From Candidatus Omnitrophota bacterium (GTDB lineage: Bacteria > Omnitrophota > Gorgyraeia > JAFGHF01), in NCBI GenBank assembly GCA_042571705.1, contig JBHPFV010000006.1:1-61218 (forward strand): DNA of 61,218 bases. Direction: 5' to 3'. The translations under genes and the position numbers were made by a program. Below, in pieces: positions 43,244 through 53,543 of this stretch (position 1 is its first letter; the number at the start of each line of letters is the position of its first letter). The notes beneath the pieces were generated by a model, which had not been told where the DNA came from, made no database searches, and saw nothing but the letters and a program-made list of their open reading frames with translations.

Positions 43244-46174
43244 TTACTTGCTGGTGGTGTGGGGACAGACCTCGCGATAGGCGCAGAAGCTGCAGGCATA
43301 ATATTCCGGCGTGGCCGGAAAGTGCCTTTGGCGAATGCCTGCGGAGGCCTGTTTCACTAGCTGTCTGGTCTTTTCTAATTCTTTTTCTGTGCGCGTACAA
43401 GCGCCGATCAGATTAGTATCCACAAAATGAAACTCGACCCGCTGCGGTAATCTTCCCTTGATCGCCTGATAGGCCAAGGCATAGATAGAAAGCTGCAGGC
43501 TCGATTTGACCCGCTTATCCGCTTGTTCTTGCTTAGTCACAGTATCAGAAGTCTTAAAATCGACGATCGCTGCGCCGCGAGCATCTTCATCGACCCGATC
43601 CCAGCGGCCGATGATCTTGTCTTTGTCTAAAATGAAATTGAACTCCTGTTCAATATGAGCCGGCGTTGTTTTACTTTTTTCGCGCTGATAGAAATTCTTT
43701 AAAGTTTGCTGGCCTTGATTAAACCGCTGCTCCTCATGGGCCCGGGAAAGGAATCCTTCGTTGACCCAGGCGGCTTGAAAACTTTTCATTAAATCATCCG
43801 TACTGAATTTACGCCGGTTAATTTTGGCCTGATAAAAATCCAGGATGGCCTTGTGAATTGAGCTTCCGTAAACTACACTGTGGTGACGCATAATCGGAAT
43901 CCGTAAAATATGCACGTATTTGTATTTTAACGGGCAGGTCAGGTAATCGTCGATTTGGCGGAAACTTAACGCTAAGAGCTGATCAGCTGGAATAGCTCGC
44001 TCAGCTAAAGGTATTCCGGATGCCTTGGGGGCGAAGCGCTCAATCTCCTGAATCGCCTGGGTCTTAATCGCCTCGGGTTTTTGCGGGCTCAAGGACAAGG
44101 CCTCATAGATAAACTGGCTAACCTTGCGCGCGCGCTTGCCGCCGTAATCAAGCGCCGAGGTAAAATATAGTTCTTGTTTGGCCCGGGTCATGGCCACATA
44201 AAACAGCCTTCTTTCCTCCTGTAAATGATAGTCGCCGCCGGGTAAAATATCTTTGATTAAATCAAGCGGTACCTCAATTGGCTCGCGCCTCCTGGGCCAG
44301 GGAAAACGCCCCTGAACTAAATTGACGATAAACACTACCTTAAATTCCAAACCCTTAGCTTTATGTATGGTAATGACATTGACGGCTTCTGAGTCTAATT
44401 CCGCTTCGGCAGTAGCCGGGTCGTCTCCGGAAGCAATCAGCATATCTAAATGCTGGACGAAGACGGGCAATTTATCGTCCTGGCTTAAATTAGAAAAATT
44501 GGCCACAATCTCAAAGAAACGGGCAATATTTTTAATCTTCTGTTCATTAGCCAAGCTCTCTTCTTTGAGTAACTTTTTGATATAACCGGACTGCTGTAAA
44601 AATAGATAGAGCAATCTTCCGGTAGTAAGATTACGAGACTGTTTTAAATAAAAATTAATATCTTCGAGGATCTTTTTAATCTTACTCCGGGTAGCCGGTT
44701 TAACCGCGGTCAATTCGGCGATTTGCTCCAATTGGCTGAAGGCCGTAAATAGGGAACGATTTTTTCTATCCGCCCAATTCAGGCAGAGGATTAAATCCGG
44801 CATATCGATATTGTAAACATCGGCAAAGCTGACTAAATTATAAAGACTAATACTGTCTTCGGGGTTGGCGATAGTGCGTAAGAAAGAAATCAGGAAACGA
44901 ATCTCTTCTCGGGAATAAAGACCCTGGTTGCCGGAAAACCGCCAGGGAATCGCACGCATATTCATCGCCCGCAAGAAAGACTCGGCGTCATTATTGGAAC
45001 GCACCAAAATGGCGATTTCGCCGAATGAAATATCCTCTTGCTTGACTTTGTGCTCAATTAATTTAGCTACGGCATCGGCCTCGGCGGAGCCGGTATCGAA
45101 ATGCAAATGCTCAATAGCGGCCCCGCGTTTTTTCTGGGCGGTCAATTCTTTGCTGATCTTGCATTTGACTTCTAAGGTGTCGGGATCGTTATGTTTAATC
45201 AAACGGTAGGCCCGGTCCAGGATTACCTGCGTGGAACGGTAATTTTCGGTCAGCACAATTCTCTTAGCCTGAGGATAATAATCCATGAAATTCAGAATGT
45301 TGCTGATCGCCGCCCCGCGGAATTTAAAAATAGACTGGTTGTCATCTCCGACGACAACGATATTCTTATGTCCGGCAGCCAAAAGCTTAACTAATTGGAA
45401 CTGGCTAAAATTAGTATCTTGAAACTCATCGACCAAAATGTATTTGAATTGCCTTTGGTAGCGTTTTAAGATTAAGGGGTGGTGGCGCAGTAGATGCAAG
45501 GTCAGATAGACCTGGTTGGCAAAATCTACCTTGGCTTCGCGCATCAAAAGCTTATGATACGTTTGATAGGCGCCGGCTAACTCCAGCTGGAGTCTGGCGA
45601 ATTCTCTTAACTCCTCATCCTCCAGGCGGCGCTGGGATTGTTTGTTTAGCTTTTGGGCATATTCTAAATATTCTTCCCAAGAGGCATCTTCATCGCGCAG
45701 CCGGCTGAAGAAATTAACCAAGGCGGTTAAAAAACGGGCCGGGTCGCTTTTGGGGCGATAATAGTCCAAAACGAACTCATAAAGATGCTCTTTTAAAAAG
45801 ATGATTTGATCCGGGCGGGTTAAGACCTTAAATTCGGGATCCAGGCCTAACTCTAAAGCATTCTCGCGCAAGATCCGATCGCCAAAGGCATGAAAGGTGG
45901 AAATCCAGATATCGGTATAGCCGTAGGGAACTAACAGATCGACCCTTTCTTCCATCTCCGCGGCGGCTTTATCAGTAAAGGTCAGGGCCAGGATCTCATC
46001 GGGACGGCAGGCCTTGGTGGCAATCAGATGGGCAATCCGGCGGGTGATGACTTGTGTCTTTCCTGTTCCGGCGCCGGCAATAATTAACAGCGGACCTTGA
46101 TCATGTTTGACGGCTTGCTTTTGTTTTGAGTTCAGACCGGTTAATGTGTGTTGTTCTGCTTTTAAGGCGACCAC
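43244..46174 (-). CDS. UvrD/PcrA-family helicase fused to a C-terminal Cas4/AddB-type iron-sulfur PD-(D/E)XK nuclease
   Basis: 976 aa. Walker A AGAGTGKT and VDEFQDTN. C-terminal ~250 aa carry CPLKY ... IVDFKTSD ... QLSIYALAY ... CSFCAYREVC (C-xn-C-x2-C-x5-C). Confidence 0.85.
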   Translation of the reverse strand: MVALKAEQHTLTGLNSKQKQAVKHDQGPLLIIAGAGTGKTQVITRRIAHLIATKACRPDEILALTFTDKAAAEMEERVDLLVPYGYTDIWISTFHAFGDRILRENALELGLDPEFKVLTRPDQIIFLKEHLYEFVLDYYRPKSDPARFLTALVNFFSRLRDEDASWEEYLEYAQKLNKQSQRRLEDEELREFARLQLELAGAYQTYHKLLMREAKVDFANQVYLTLHLLRHHPLILKRYQRQFKYILVDEFQDTNFSQFQLVKLLAAGHKNIVVVGDDNQSIFKFRGAAISNILNFMDYYPQAKRIVLTENYRSTQVILDRAYRLIKHNDPDTLEVKCKISKELTAQKKRGAAIEHLHFDTGSAEADAVAKLIEHKVKQEDISFGEIAILVRSNNDAESFLRAMNMRAIPWRFSGNQGLYSREEIRFLISFLRTIANPEDSISLYNLVSFADVYNIDMPDLILCLNWADRKNRSLFTAFSQLEQIAELTAVKPATRSKIKKILEDINFYLKQSRNLTTGRLLYLFLQQSGYIKKLLKEESLANEQKIKNIARFFEIVANFSNLSQDDKLPVFVQHLDMLIASGDDPATAEAELDSEAVNVITIHKAKGLEFKVVFIVNLVQGRFPWPRRREPIEVPLDLIKDILPGGDYHLQEERRLFYVAMTRAKQELYFTSALDYGGKRARKVSQFIYEALSLSPQKPEAIKTQAIQEIERFAPKASGIPLAERAIPADQLLALSFRQIDDYLTCPLKYKYVHILRIPIMRHHSVVYGSSIHKAILDFYQAKINRRKFSTDDLMKSFQAAWVNEGFLSRAHEEQRFNQGQQTLKNFYQREKSKTTPAHIEQEFNFILDKDKIIGRWDRVDEDARGAAIVDFKTSDTVTKQEQADKRVKSSLQLSIYALAYQAIKGRLPQRVEFHFVDTNLIGACTRTEKELEKTRQLVKQASAGIRQRHFPATPEYYACSFCAYREVCPHTTSK

Positions 46175-46180
46175 TTATCT

Positions 46181-46642
46181 TTAAATCCGCGGCTTCTCGA
46201 CCAGATTTTTTAATTCTTTCATGAACTGATTGACGTCTTTAAACTGGCGGTACACAGAGGCAAAACGAACATAGGCTATTTCATCTATTTCCTGGAGTAA
46301 TTTAATTACTGACTCGCCAATCTCTTTGGACTTGACTTCTTTTTCATAATTTTTCTGCAAGATAAATTCAATTTTATCAACCAGCTGCTCCAGGCTCTCC
46401 ATGCTGACCGGCCGTTTCTGGCAGGCCTTGACCAGGCCGGTAAGCAGTTTCTTGCGGTCAAAGGCCTGACGGCTGCCGTCTTTTTTGACCACCATCAACG
46501 GGGCCTCTTCAATCTGCTCGTAGGTAGTAAACCGGCGCTCGCATTTTAGACACTCCCGGCGGCGGCGGATAGAATTGCCTTCGGCGCTGGCGCGCGAATC
46601 AACTACTTTATCCTCTACATTGGCACAAAAGGGACACTTCAT
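46181..46642 (-). CDS. nrdR: transcriptional repressor NrdR
   Basis: 153 aa. [17 protein letters not shown] zinc ribbon plus an ATP-cone. Confidence 0.95.
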   Translation of the reverse strand: MKCPFCANVEDKVVDSRASAEGNSIRRRRECLKCERRFTTYEQIEEAPLMVVKKDGSRQAFDRKKLLTGLVKACQKRPVSMESLEQLVDKIEFILQKNYEKEVKSKEIGESVIKLLQEIDEIAYVRFASVYRQFKDVNQFMKELKNLVEKPRI

Positions 46643-46688
46643 CTTTTACCTTTTGGCGTCACTAACCTGGCATGGCTTAGCTGTGCTG

Positions 46689-46742
46689 CTTGAACCTGTT
46701 CCCTTCGGGAACAGGTTATATAAGGCCAAGGTTGTGCAACCA
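46689..46742 (-). repeat. intergenic module H, copy B (with a 13-nt palindromic insert)
   Basis: cttgaacctg-[ttcccttcgggaa]-caggttatataaggccaagg-ttgt-gcaacca. Apart from the insert it matches 59119-59159 (37/41). It forms an 11-bp-stem hairpin. Confidence 0.9.
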
Positions 46743-47216
46743 CTAGACCTTACGCACCTTGATGCTGGCTTCCTCGAGGAACTGGCGGGCCATCTTGTCT
46801 GGGTAACTGCCGGCAATAACCACTTCTTTGATCCCGGCGTTAATAATCATCTTGGCGCAAATAATACAAGGCAGGTTGGTAATGTAAAGGGCGCTCTCCC
46901 TTAACCCGATGCCATAAAGCGCCGCTTGTAACAGCGCATTTTGCTCAGCATGCAACCCCCGGCATAATTCATGCCTTTGACCGGAAGGAATATTCATTTT
47001 GGCCCGCAAGCACTTAGTTTGGGCGCAATGCTTAATCCCGGAAGGAGTGCCATTATATCCGGTAGCTAGAATCCTTCTTTCCTTAACTACTACCGCGCCG
47101 ACCTTACGCCGCAAACAGGTAGAGCGCCGGGAAACCAACTGGGCAATTCCCAAAAAGTATTCATCCCAGCTGGGGCGGGCATCCTGGTGTTTTTTGGATT
47201 TTGTTTTTGCTTTCAT
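46743..47216 (-). CDS. dCMP deaminase (ComEB-like)
   Basis: 157 aa with HAEQNAL and PCIICAKMI zinc ligands. Confidence 0.85.
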   Translation of the reverse strand: MKAKTKSKKHQDARPSWDEYFLGIAQLVSRRSTCLRRKVGAVVVKERRILATGYNGTPSGIKHCAQTKCLRAKMNIPSGQRHELCRGLHAEQNALLQAALYGIGLRESALYITNLPCIICAKMIINAGIKEVVIAGSYPDKMARQFLEEASIKVRKV

Positions 47217-48460
47217 CTCTCTAAATCCTGGTATAGGGGAAACTGTTGGGTGAGCTTTAATACTTCTTGTTTGGTCATCGCGATGATCTTTTGATCGCCG
47301 GAAGCGGATACGACCCCATCGATTAAACCAGCGATCTGGGCAATCTGCTCTTCTTTCATGCCTCTGGTGGTTACCGCCGGCGTGCCTAATCGTAGCCCGC
47401 TAGTCAGCTGCGCCGTCTGGGGATCAAAAGGAATCAAGTTCTTATTGACCACAATATTAGCATCGTGTAAAGCGCTGGCGGCCTGTTTGCCGGTGATTCC
47501 TTTTGAGCGCAAATCTACCAAAAGCAGGTGAGTATCTGTCCCACCGGAAACAAGGCGCAGATTGCGCCGCTCTAACTCCTGGGCCAACCTTTGGGCGTTA
47601 GCAATAATTTGTTTTTGATAGTCTTTAAATTCCGGCTGTTGGGCCAGTTTAAAGGCTACGGCCTTAGCGGCAATGACGTGCATTAAAGGGCCGCCTTGAA
47701 CACCCGGAAAGACCTGGGCATCGATCTGTTTAGCGAATTCCTTGCGGCAGAGGATCATTCCGGCCCGGGGACCGCGCAGGGTCTTATGGGTGGTGGTAGT
47801 GACAAATTCCGCAAAAGGCACAGGCGATGGATGCAGCCCGCAAGCAACTAATCCGGCGATATGGGCAATATCGGCTAACACAAAGGCCCCGACCTGATCG
47901 GCAATCTGACGAAACTTACTGAAATCAATAATCCGGGAATACGCCGAAGCGCCGACCACAATCATCTTAGGCTTGTGTTTTTTGGCTAAACCGGCTACTT
48001 CATTATAGTCGATTCTCTCATCCTGTTTGCTTACTCCGTAAGAGACAACTTTGAAAAATTTACCGGAAAAATTGTGCGCGTGGCCGTGGGAAAGGTGCCC
48101 GCCGCAAGCCAAATCCATCGCCAAGACAGTATCACCCACATTCAACATGGCAAAATAAACAGCCATGTTGGCCTGAGTCCCCGAATGCGGCTGGACATTG
48201 GCGTGTTCGGCGCCAAAAAGCTGCCGGGCCCTTTGTTGGGCCAACTCTTCGGCCTGATCCACATATTCACAACCATCATACCAACGTGCGTCCGGATAAC
48301 CTTCGGCATATTTATTGGTCATGACCGAACCTTGGGCCTGAAGCACCGCAGCGCAGGCAAAATTTTCACTGGCAATCAGATTAATAGTTTGGCGCTCCCG
48401 TTCTAGCTCACAGCTAATTGCCTGATCTACCTGCGGATCAACCTTTTTCAAATAATCCAT
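47213..48460 (-). CDS. glyA: serine hydroxymethyltransferase
   Basis: 415 aa with LIASENF and [14 protein letters not shown]. Confidence 0.95.
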   Translation of the reverse strand: MDYLKKVDPQVDQAISCELERERQTINLIASENFACAAVLQAQGSVMTNKYAEGYPDARWYDGCEYVDQAEELAQQRARQLFGAEHANVQPHSGTQANMAVYFAMLNVGDTVLAMDLACGGHLSHGHAHNFSGKFFKVVSYGVSKQDERIDYNEVAGLAKKHKPKMIVVGASAYSRIIDFSKFRQIADQVGAFVLADIAHIAGLVACGLHPSPVPFAEFVTTTTHKTLRGPRAGMILCRKEFAKQIDAQVFPGVQGGPLMHVIAAKAVAFKLAQQPEFKDYQKQIIANAQRLAQELERRNLRLVSGGTDTHLLLVDLRSKGITGKQAASALHDANIVVNKNLIPFDPQTAQLTSGLRLGTPAVTTRGMKEEQIAQIAGLIDGVVSASGDQKIIAMTKQEVLKLTQQFPLYQDLER

Positions 48461-48461
48461 C

Positions 48462-48947
48462 TTAAAACTCCCTGATCCTTTTAGTCTTGCGCTTCTGCGC
48501 TATCTTTCTCTCTATATTTTCGATTTGCCTGAGGCGGCGGGCATGACGGCCACCGAGGAACTCGGTCTTCAACCAGACTTCGACGATCTGGCTGGCCTTT
48601 TTAAAACTTAAATAATTGGCCGCCAAGCAAAGCACATTAGCATTGTTGTGCTGGCGGCTTCTCTGGGCCTGGATTTTAGTCTGGCAAAGCGCAGCCCGAA
48701 TGCCGGGGACCTTATTGGCAACCATGGAAAAACCGATCCCGCTTTTACAAATTAAGATTCCCCGAGTAAAAGCACCGGCTGAGACGACACTGGCCACTTT
48801 ATAACCTAACGCCGGATAATCGCAACTAGCCGCGCTATGCGTACCTAAATCAGCAACTACACCACCGCGGGATTCCAAAAATTTAACTAATTTATTTTTC
48901 AATTTGTAACCGCCGTGATCAGCGCCAATGGCCAGTTTCATTTTCAC
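48462..48947 (-). CDS. rpiB: ribose-5-phosphate isomerase B
   Basis: 161 aa with [11 protein letters not shown] and [16 protein letters not shown], plus a basic C-terminal extension. Confidence 0.9.
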   Translation of the reverse strand: MKMKLAIGADHGGYKLKNKLVKFLESRGGVVADLGTHSAASCDYPALGYKVASVVSAGAFTRGILICKSGIGFSMVANKVPGIRAALCQTKIQAQRSRQHNNANVLCLAANYLSFKKASQIVEVWLKTEFLGGRHARRLRQIENIERKIAQKRKTKRIREF

Positions 48948-49429
48948 TCCTTATCCTGTTCGGCTAATTTTCGGGTGGTCCGCTCCACCGCTTCCTGAAT
49001 AATTTTAAACACCTGGCGATAAAAGTTTAAGGGTTTTCCGATCGGATCAGCAATGTCCGGGTTGACTAACCTGTATTCGCCTTCCATCCGCCCAAATTCA
49101 GCTAATAGATTTATCTTGCCTTCAGCCGCAGGCGCCAGGTTGGCAATGGTCACTTTATGCCTGAGCTCCATGACCAGGATTAAATCCGCCTGCTCAATCA
49201 TCTCATTGTTTAAGAGTGCGCTGCGATGGTTAGAGATATCCAGGCCCTGTTCGGACATGACCTGAACAGTCTCAGCCGTAGGCCGCATACCTTGCGGCGC
49301 GGCTACTCCAGCGGAGATTATGTCATAATCGCCTTTATCTTTTAGTGCTGCTTGCAGCAGTCCTTCAGCCATTACGCTGCGGCAAGAATTACCTGTGCAA
49401 ACCACAAGAATAGTCTTAATTTTGGACAC
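48944..49429 (-). CDS. low-molecular-weight protein phosphatase (YwlE-like Arg/Tyr phosphatase)
   Basis: CTGNSCRS P-loop and a DP motif (DIADP). Start moved to the GTG at 49427-49429, which has GGAG 7 nt upstream. Confidence 0.8.
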   Translation of the reverse strand: MSKIKTILVVCTGNSCRSVMAEGLLQAALKDKGDYDIISAGVAAPQGMRPTAETVQVMSEQGLDISNHRSALLNNEMIEQADLILVMELRHKVTIANLAPAAEGKINLLAEFGRMEGEYRLVNPDIADPIGKPLNFYRQVFKIIQEAVERTTRKLAEQDKE

Positions 49430-50024
49430 TTTGAATCTCCTGTTGGGTAATTGCGCCGGCTCTGAGCACTCTATAAGGAGAAACGGATAAATCAACTACG
49501 GTAGAAGCCAGGCCTAACTTTGTCCTGCCGCCGTCAATTATCATCTCGATCAAACCATCAAAGATCTTGAGTGCTGCTTTAGCGTCTTGAGCCGGAGGCT
49601 CTCCGGATAAATTAGCGCTGGGGGCAACAATAGCAGTTTGACTGGTTCTAATCAAACTGCGGGCAATCTGATGATCAGGAATGCGCACGCCCAGGGTTTT
49701 TCCGTTTTTGGTCGGCAACACTAATGTTAGCGGTCCCGGCCAAAATCGCTCCATTAACTGATAAGCAAAATCTGAAATTTCACAGTTTAACTTTTCTAAA
49801 TCAGCAACCTTTTCTACCTGTACGGTAAACGCTTTTTCCGGCGGCCGGTTTTTTATCTGGGCAATCCGCCGCGCCGCCTGTTGATTAGAGAACTCCGCGG
49901 CCAGACCATAGACAGTCTCGGTAGGAAAAGCCACAATGCCGCCGTCGCGAATAACCTCTGCCGCCCGCTTAATTTTAATCTGATCGATGTGCTCAGGGTC
50001 AATCTTAACAACTTGCGTGTTCAA
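49416..50024 (-). CDS. tsaC: L-threonylcarbamoyladenylate synthase (YrdC/Sua5 domain only)
   Basis: 202 aa with GGIVAFPTETVYGLAA and SANLSGEP. Confidence 0.85.
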   Translation of the reverse strand: MNTQVVKIDPEHIDQIKIKRAAEVIRDGGIVAFPTETVYGLAAEFSNQQAARRIAQIKNRPPEKAFTVQVEKVADLEKLNCEISDFAYQLMERFWPGPLTLVLPTKNGKTLGVRIPDHQIARSLIRTSQTAIVAPSANLSGEPPAQDAKAALKIFDGLIEMIIDGGRTKLGLASTVVDLSVSPYRVLRAGAITQQEIQSVQN

Positions 50025-50031
50025 TGGGGCC

Positions 50032-50517
50032 CTATTTCTTCTTTTTGATTGAAGCGGCTAATTTCTTTTTAAAGGCAACTACTTTCTTCTGCAGCTTTTG
50101 GTCTTCCAAGGCTAAGATCTGCACAGCTAAAAGGGCGGCATTTTTGGCCCCGGACTTACCAATGGCCATCGTCGCCACCGGCACCCCGGCAGGCATCTGT
50201 ACAGTAGAAAACAAAGAATCAATGCCTTTGAGGTGCGTAGTAGTCATCGGTACGCCGACTACCGGCAGGGTAGTATGCGCCGCCACTACGCCGGCTAAAT
50301 GCGCGGCGCCGCCGGCCCCGGCAATAATTACTTTTAGGCCGCGCGCGGCGGCGGAAACAGCGTAATTAATCGTGGCCAAAGGCGTGCGGTGCGCCGAAAG
50401 CACCCTGACCTGGGCGCGGACACCAAAATCAGCCAGCATCTTTTCGGATTCCGACATCACCGGCAAATCAGACTTACTGCCCATCAATATCCCAACTTTT
50501 ACTTTGTTCATTATCAT
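50032..50517 (-). CDS. purE: N5-carboxyaminoimidazole ribonucleotide mutase
   Basis: 161 aa with [14 protein letters not shown] and [22 protein letters not shown]. Confidence 0.9.
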   Translation of the reverse strand: MIMNKVKVGILMGSKSDLPVMSESEKMLADFGVRAQVRVLSAHRTPLATINYAVSAAARGLKVIIAGAGGAAHLAGVVAAHTTLPVVGVPMTTTHLKGIDSLFSTVQMPAGVPVATMAIGKSGAKNAALLAVQILALEDQKLQKKVVAFKKKLAASIKKKK

Positions 50518-50540
50518 CTCCTTGGTAACTAAATGCTAAT

Positions 50541-51818
50541 CTATACGTAGTTTTTCAGGGCGCGCCAACCGATGTCACGGCGAAAATACATCTGCTCAAA
50601 ATTTATTTTTTCAATGGCCTGATAGGCTCGGGCCTTGGCCTGCTGCAGATCATCTCCTAAAGCGCAGACATTTAAGACCCGGCCGCCGGCAGTCAGGTAT
50701 TTTGCGTCTTCTTTTTTGGTCCCGGCGTGAAAAATAAAAGTATCTTGCGCGCGGCCGGCCTGATCTAGTCCGGAAATCTGCTTAGCTTTCTGGTAACTGC
50801 CCGGATATCCGCCTGAGGCCACGACCACGCAAATACAGGGGCGATTATCCCATTGCAAAGAAATTTTATCTAAATTGCCTTCGGTAGTAGCTATCATCAC
50901 CTCAACTAAATCATTTTTTAATCTGGGTAAGATCGCCTGCGTCTCCGGATCGCCAAAACGGACATTGAACTCTAAAATCTGAGGTCCGCTGGCGGTAATC
51001 ATTAAACCTAAATAAAGTACGCCGGTATATTCCTGGCCGGAGTGATTTAAACCGTCAATCAAGGGTTGCAGAATTTGTCCGTATACTCTCTGCTCCAATG
51101 CATTGGTCATCACTGGGGCCGGTGAATAGGCGCCCATGCCCCCTGTGTTGGGGCCTTGATCGCCATCATGGATCCTTTTATGGTCCTGTGAAGAAGCTAA
51201 CGGCACTACATGCTTTCCGTCGGAAAACACCAATACCGAAACCTCTTCGCCTTCTAGACAACGCTCTATTATTACCCGTGAATTTTCCTGGCCAAAGACC
51301 TGATCAACCATTATTGCTTGAAGCGCCGCTTCGGCTTCTGCGACACTGGCGCAGACAAATACACCCTTTCCAGCCGCTAAACCATCGGCCTTGACCACAA
51401 TCGGAGTGCCCTGGTGGCGCAGATAATCAAGGGCGGGCTGATGCTGATCGAAAATTTCAAAATCCGCGGTAGGCACTGAGAATTTGGCCATCTGCTCCTT
51501 GGCAAAGACCTTGCTTCCTTCTAAAAGGGCCAAACCCTTGCGCGGGCCAAATACTTTTAACCCGCGTCTTTGAAACTGATCAACGATGCCGCCGACCAGC
51601 GGTAATTCCGGTCCGACAACTGTTAAGTCAATCTTTTTTTCCCGGGCAAAATCGCCTAAGGCCTTAATGTCGTCTACGCGAATATTGACATTTTTCGCTA
51701 AATCTTCGGTGCCGCCGTTTCCCGGCGCGCAAAAGATTTCTTTGACTCTATCGGACCGGGCAATCTTCCAAGCTAAACAGTGTTCGCGTCCGCCTGAGCC
51801 GATGATTAATATTTTCAT
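50541..51818 (-). CDS. purD: phosphoribosylamine--glycine ligase
   Basis: Start moved to the ATG at 51816-51818 (MKILIIGSGGREH), forming an ATGA overlap with the purM stop. Confidence 0.9.
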   Translation of the reverse strand: MKILIIGSGGREHCLAWKIARSDRVKEIFCAPGNGGTEDLAKNVNIRVDDIKALGDFAREKKIDLTVVGPELPLVGGIVDQFQRRGLKVFGPRKGLALLEGSKVFAKEQMAKFSVPTADFEIFDQHQPALDYLRHQGTPIVVKADGLAAGKGVFVCASVAEAEAALQAIMVDQVFGQENSRVIIERCLEGEEVSVLVFSDGKHVVPLASSQDHKRIHDGDQGPNTGGMGAYSPAPVMTNALEQRVYGQILQPLIDGLNHSGQEYTGVLYLGLMITASGPQILEFNVRFGDPETQAILPRLKNDLVEVMIATTEGNLDKISLQWDNRPCICVVVASGGYPGSYQKAKQISGLDQAGRAQDTFIFHAGTKKEDAKYLTAGGRVLNVCALGDDLQQAKARAYQAIEKINFEQMYFRRDIGWRALKNYV

Positions 51819-52834
51819 ATTAAGACCTCGCGCTGCCCCCGGACGATCTGGCCAATAATCCATGATTGTAGCTTAAACTTCTGTTTTAAAGCCCTGATTA
51901 TTCTTTGGCTATGCTTGGGCGAAACCACCAAAACCATACCCACGCCCATATTGAAGGTTCGGAACATCTCTCGGGGCACCAGGCCGGCGCGCTGCTTAAT
52001 CTCCTGAAACACAGCCGGAATCGGCCAGGAATTCTTGCAGATCTCAACGGCTAAACCAGCAGGAATAATCCGCGGGATCTTATCAATAAATGCCCCGCCG
52101 GTGATGTGGGCGATGCCTTTGATCGTATTGGGTTGTGCGTATTGAGTATCGCGGATTAAAGACAGGACGGGTTTAGCGTAAATGCGCGTAGGGGTAAGAA
52201 ATTCCCGGGCTCGCTGGTTCAGCTCTTTTTGGGAAAATACCTTTCTCAATAATGAAAAACCATTGGAATGCAGGCCTGAAGAAGCCAGGCCGATGACTTG
52301 ATCTTTTGGTCTGATCCGGGAGCCGTCGATAATTTTATTTTTCTCAACCACGGCCAGAGAAAATCCGGATAAATCGTATTCGCCTGGTTTGTAGAAATCG
52401 GGCATCTCCGCAGTCTCACCGCCGATCAGAGCGCAATTGGCCTGGCGGCAGCCCGCGGCAATGCCGCGGATGACTTCAACCAAAACCTTCTGTTGCAGTT
52501 TTCCCGTAGCAATATAGTCTAAGAAAAAAAGCGGCTCCGCGCCGCAACAAAGACAGTCGTTGACATTCATCCCTACTAAATCAATGCCCACAGTCTGATG
52601 AATGCCCGAGGCAAAGGCCAGCTTTAGTTTGGTGCCGACACCATCGGATGAGGAGACCAGAATCGGATTTTTGTATCTTTTGGGCAGCTGGAAAAATCCT
52701 CCGAATGAACCAATGTTGCCCAACCAGCCCGGTCGCTGCGTGGACTTTACCAGGGGCTTAATCTGACGCACAAAGGCCTCGGCCTTGTTGACGTCCACGC
52801 CCGCTTGTTTATAAGTTACCCTTCTTTTTGACAT
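51815..52834 (-). CDS. purM: phosphoribosylformylglycinamidine cyclo-ligase
   Basis: 339 aa with YKQAGVDVNKAE and DGVGTKLK. Confidence 0.9.
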   Translation of the reverse strand: MSKRRVTYKQAGVDVNKAEAFVRQIKPLVKSTQRPGWLGNIGSFGGFFQLPKRYKNPILVSSSDGVGTKLKLAFASGIHQTVGIDLVGMNVNDCLCCGAEPLFFLDYIATGKLQQKVLVEVIRGIAAGCRQANCALIGGETAEMPDFYKPGEYDLSGFSLAVVEKNKIIDGSRIRPKDQVIGLASSGLHSNGFSLLRKVFSQKELNQRAREFLTPTRIYAKPVLSLIRDTQYAQPNTIKGIAHITGGAFIDKIPRIIPAGLAVEICKNSWPIPAVFQEIKQRAGLVPREMFRTFNMGVGMVLVVSPKHSQRIIRALKQKFKLQSWIIGQIVRGQREVLI

Positions 52835-52838
52835 ACAA

Positions 52839-53543
52839 TTAGTTGAGTAGCCTTCTTAACACTTCCTGATAGGCATCTTCGATTTGGCCCAGGTCACGAC
52901 GAAAACGGTCTTTATCCAACTTCTTATTGGTGTCTTTGTCCCAGAGCCGGCAGGTATCGGGAGAAATCTCATCACCCAATAGAATCTTGCCCTTGTGCCG
53001 GCCAAACTCCAACTTAAAGTCAACTAACTTTAAGTCGTGCCGATCGAAAAACTTGATTAGAATGTGGTTAATTTCCATAGTATATTTAGCAATCACCCGG
53101 ATCTCTTTTTCTTCAGCCAAATCCAGGGCAAAGATGTGTGATTCGTTAATTAAAGGGTCGTGCAGCTCATCGTTCTTATAGTGGTATTCCAGCACCGGGC
53201 GGCGCAAGACGATGCCTTCATCAAGCCCGAACATCTTGGCCATGCCTCCGGCCACCACATTGCGCACGGTCACCTCAACCGGGACAATCTCCAGCTTTTT
53301 CACCAGCATCTCGCGCTCACTGAGTACCTTGATAAAATGCGTGGGGATGCCGCGGGAATCCAAAAGCTCGAAAATATGCGCTGAAATTTTGTTGTTGCAG
53401 ATACCTTTCTCAAGAATCGTGCCGCGTTTAGTGGCGTCGAAGGCCGTGGCGTCGTCCTTAAATTCCTGAATCAAAAGATTAGTGTCGTCGGTGGCAAAGA
53501 CTTTCTTGGCCTTACCCTCATACTTCAGTGTACCTTTAATCAT
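52839..53543 (-). CDS. purC: SAICAR synthase
   Basis: 234 aa with YEGKAKKVF and LVDFKLEFG. Confidence 0.9.
   Translation of the reverse strand: MIKGTLKYEGKAKKVFATDDTNLLIQEFKDDATAFDATKRGTILEKGICNNKISAHIFELLDSRGIPTHFIKVLSEREMLVKKLEIVPVEVTVRNVVAGGMAKMFGLDEGIVLRRPVLEYHYKNDELHDPLINESHIFALDLAEEKEIRVIAKYTMEINHILIKFFDRHDLKLVDFKLEFGRHKGKILLGDEISPDTCRLWDKDTNKKLDKDRFRRDLGQIEDAYQEVLRRLLN

Noticed and set aside
48462-50024. tsaC - low-molecular-weight phosphatase - rpiB - glyA order as something unusual
   Set aside because: The same ywlC-ywlE-ywlF-glyA neighbourhood is well known in Bacillus. It is conserved synteny, not novelty.
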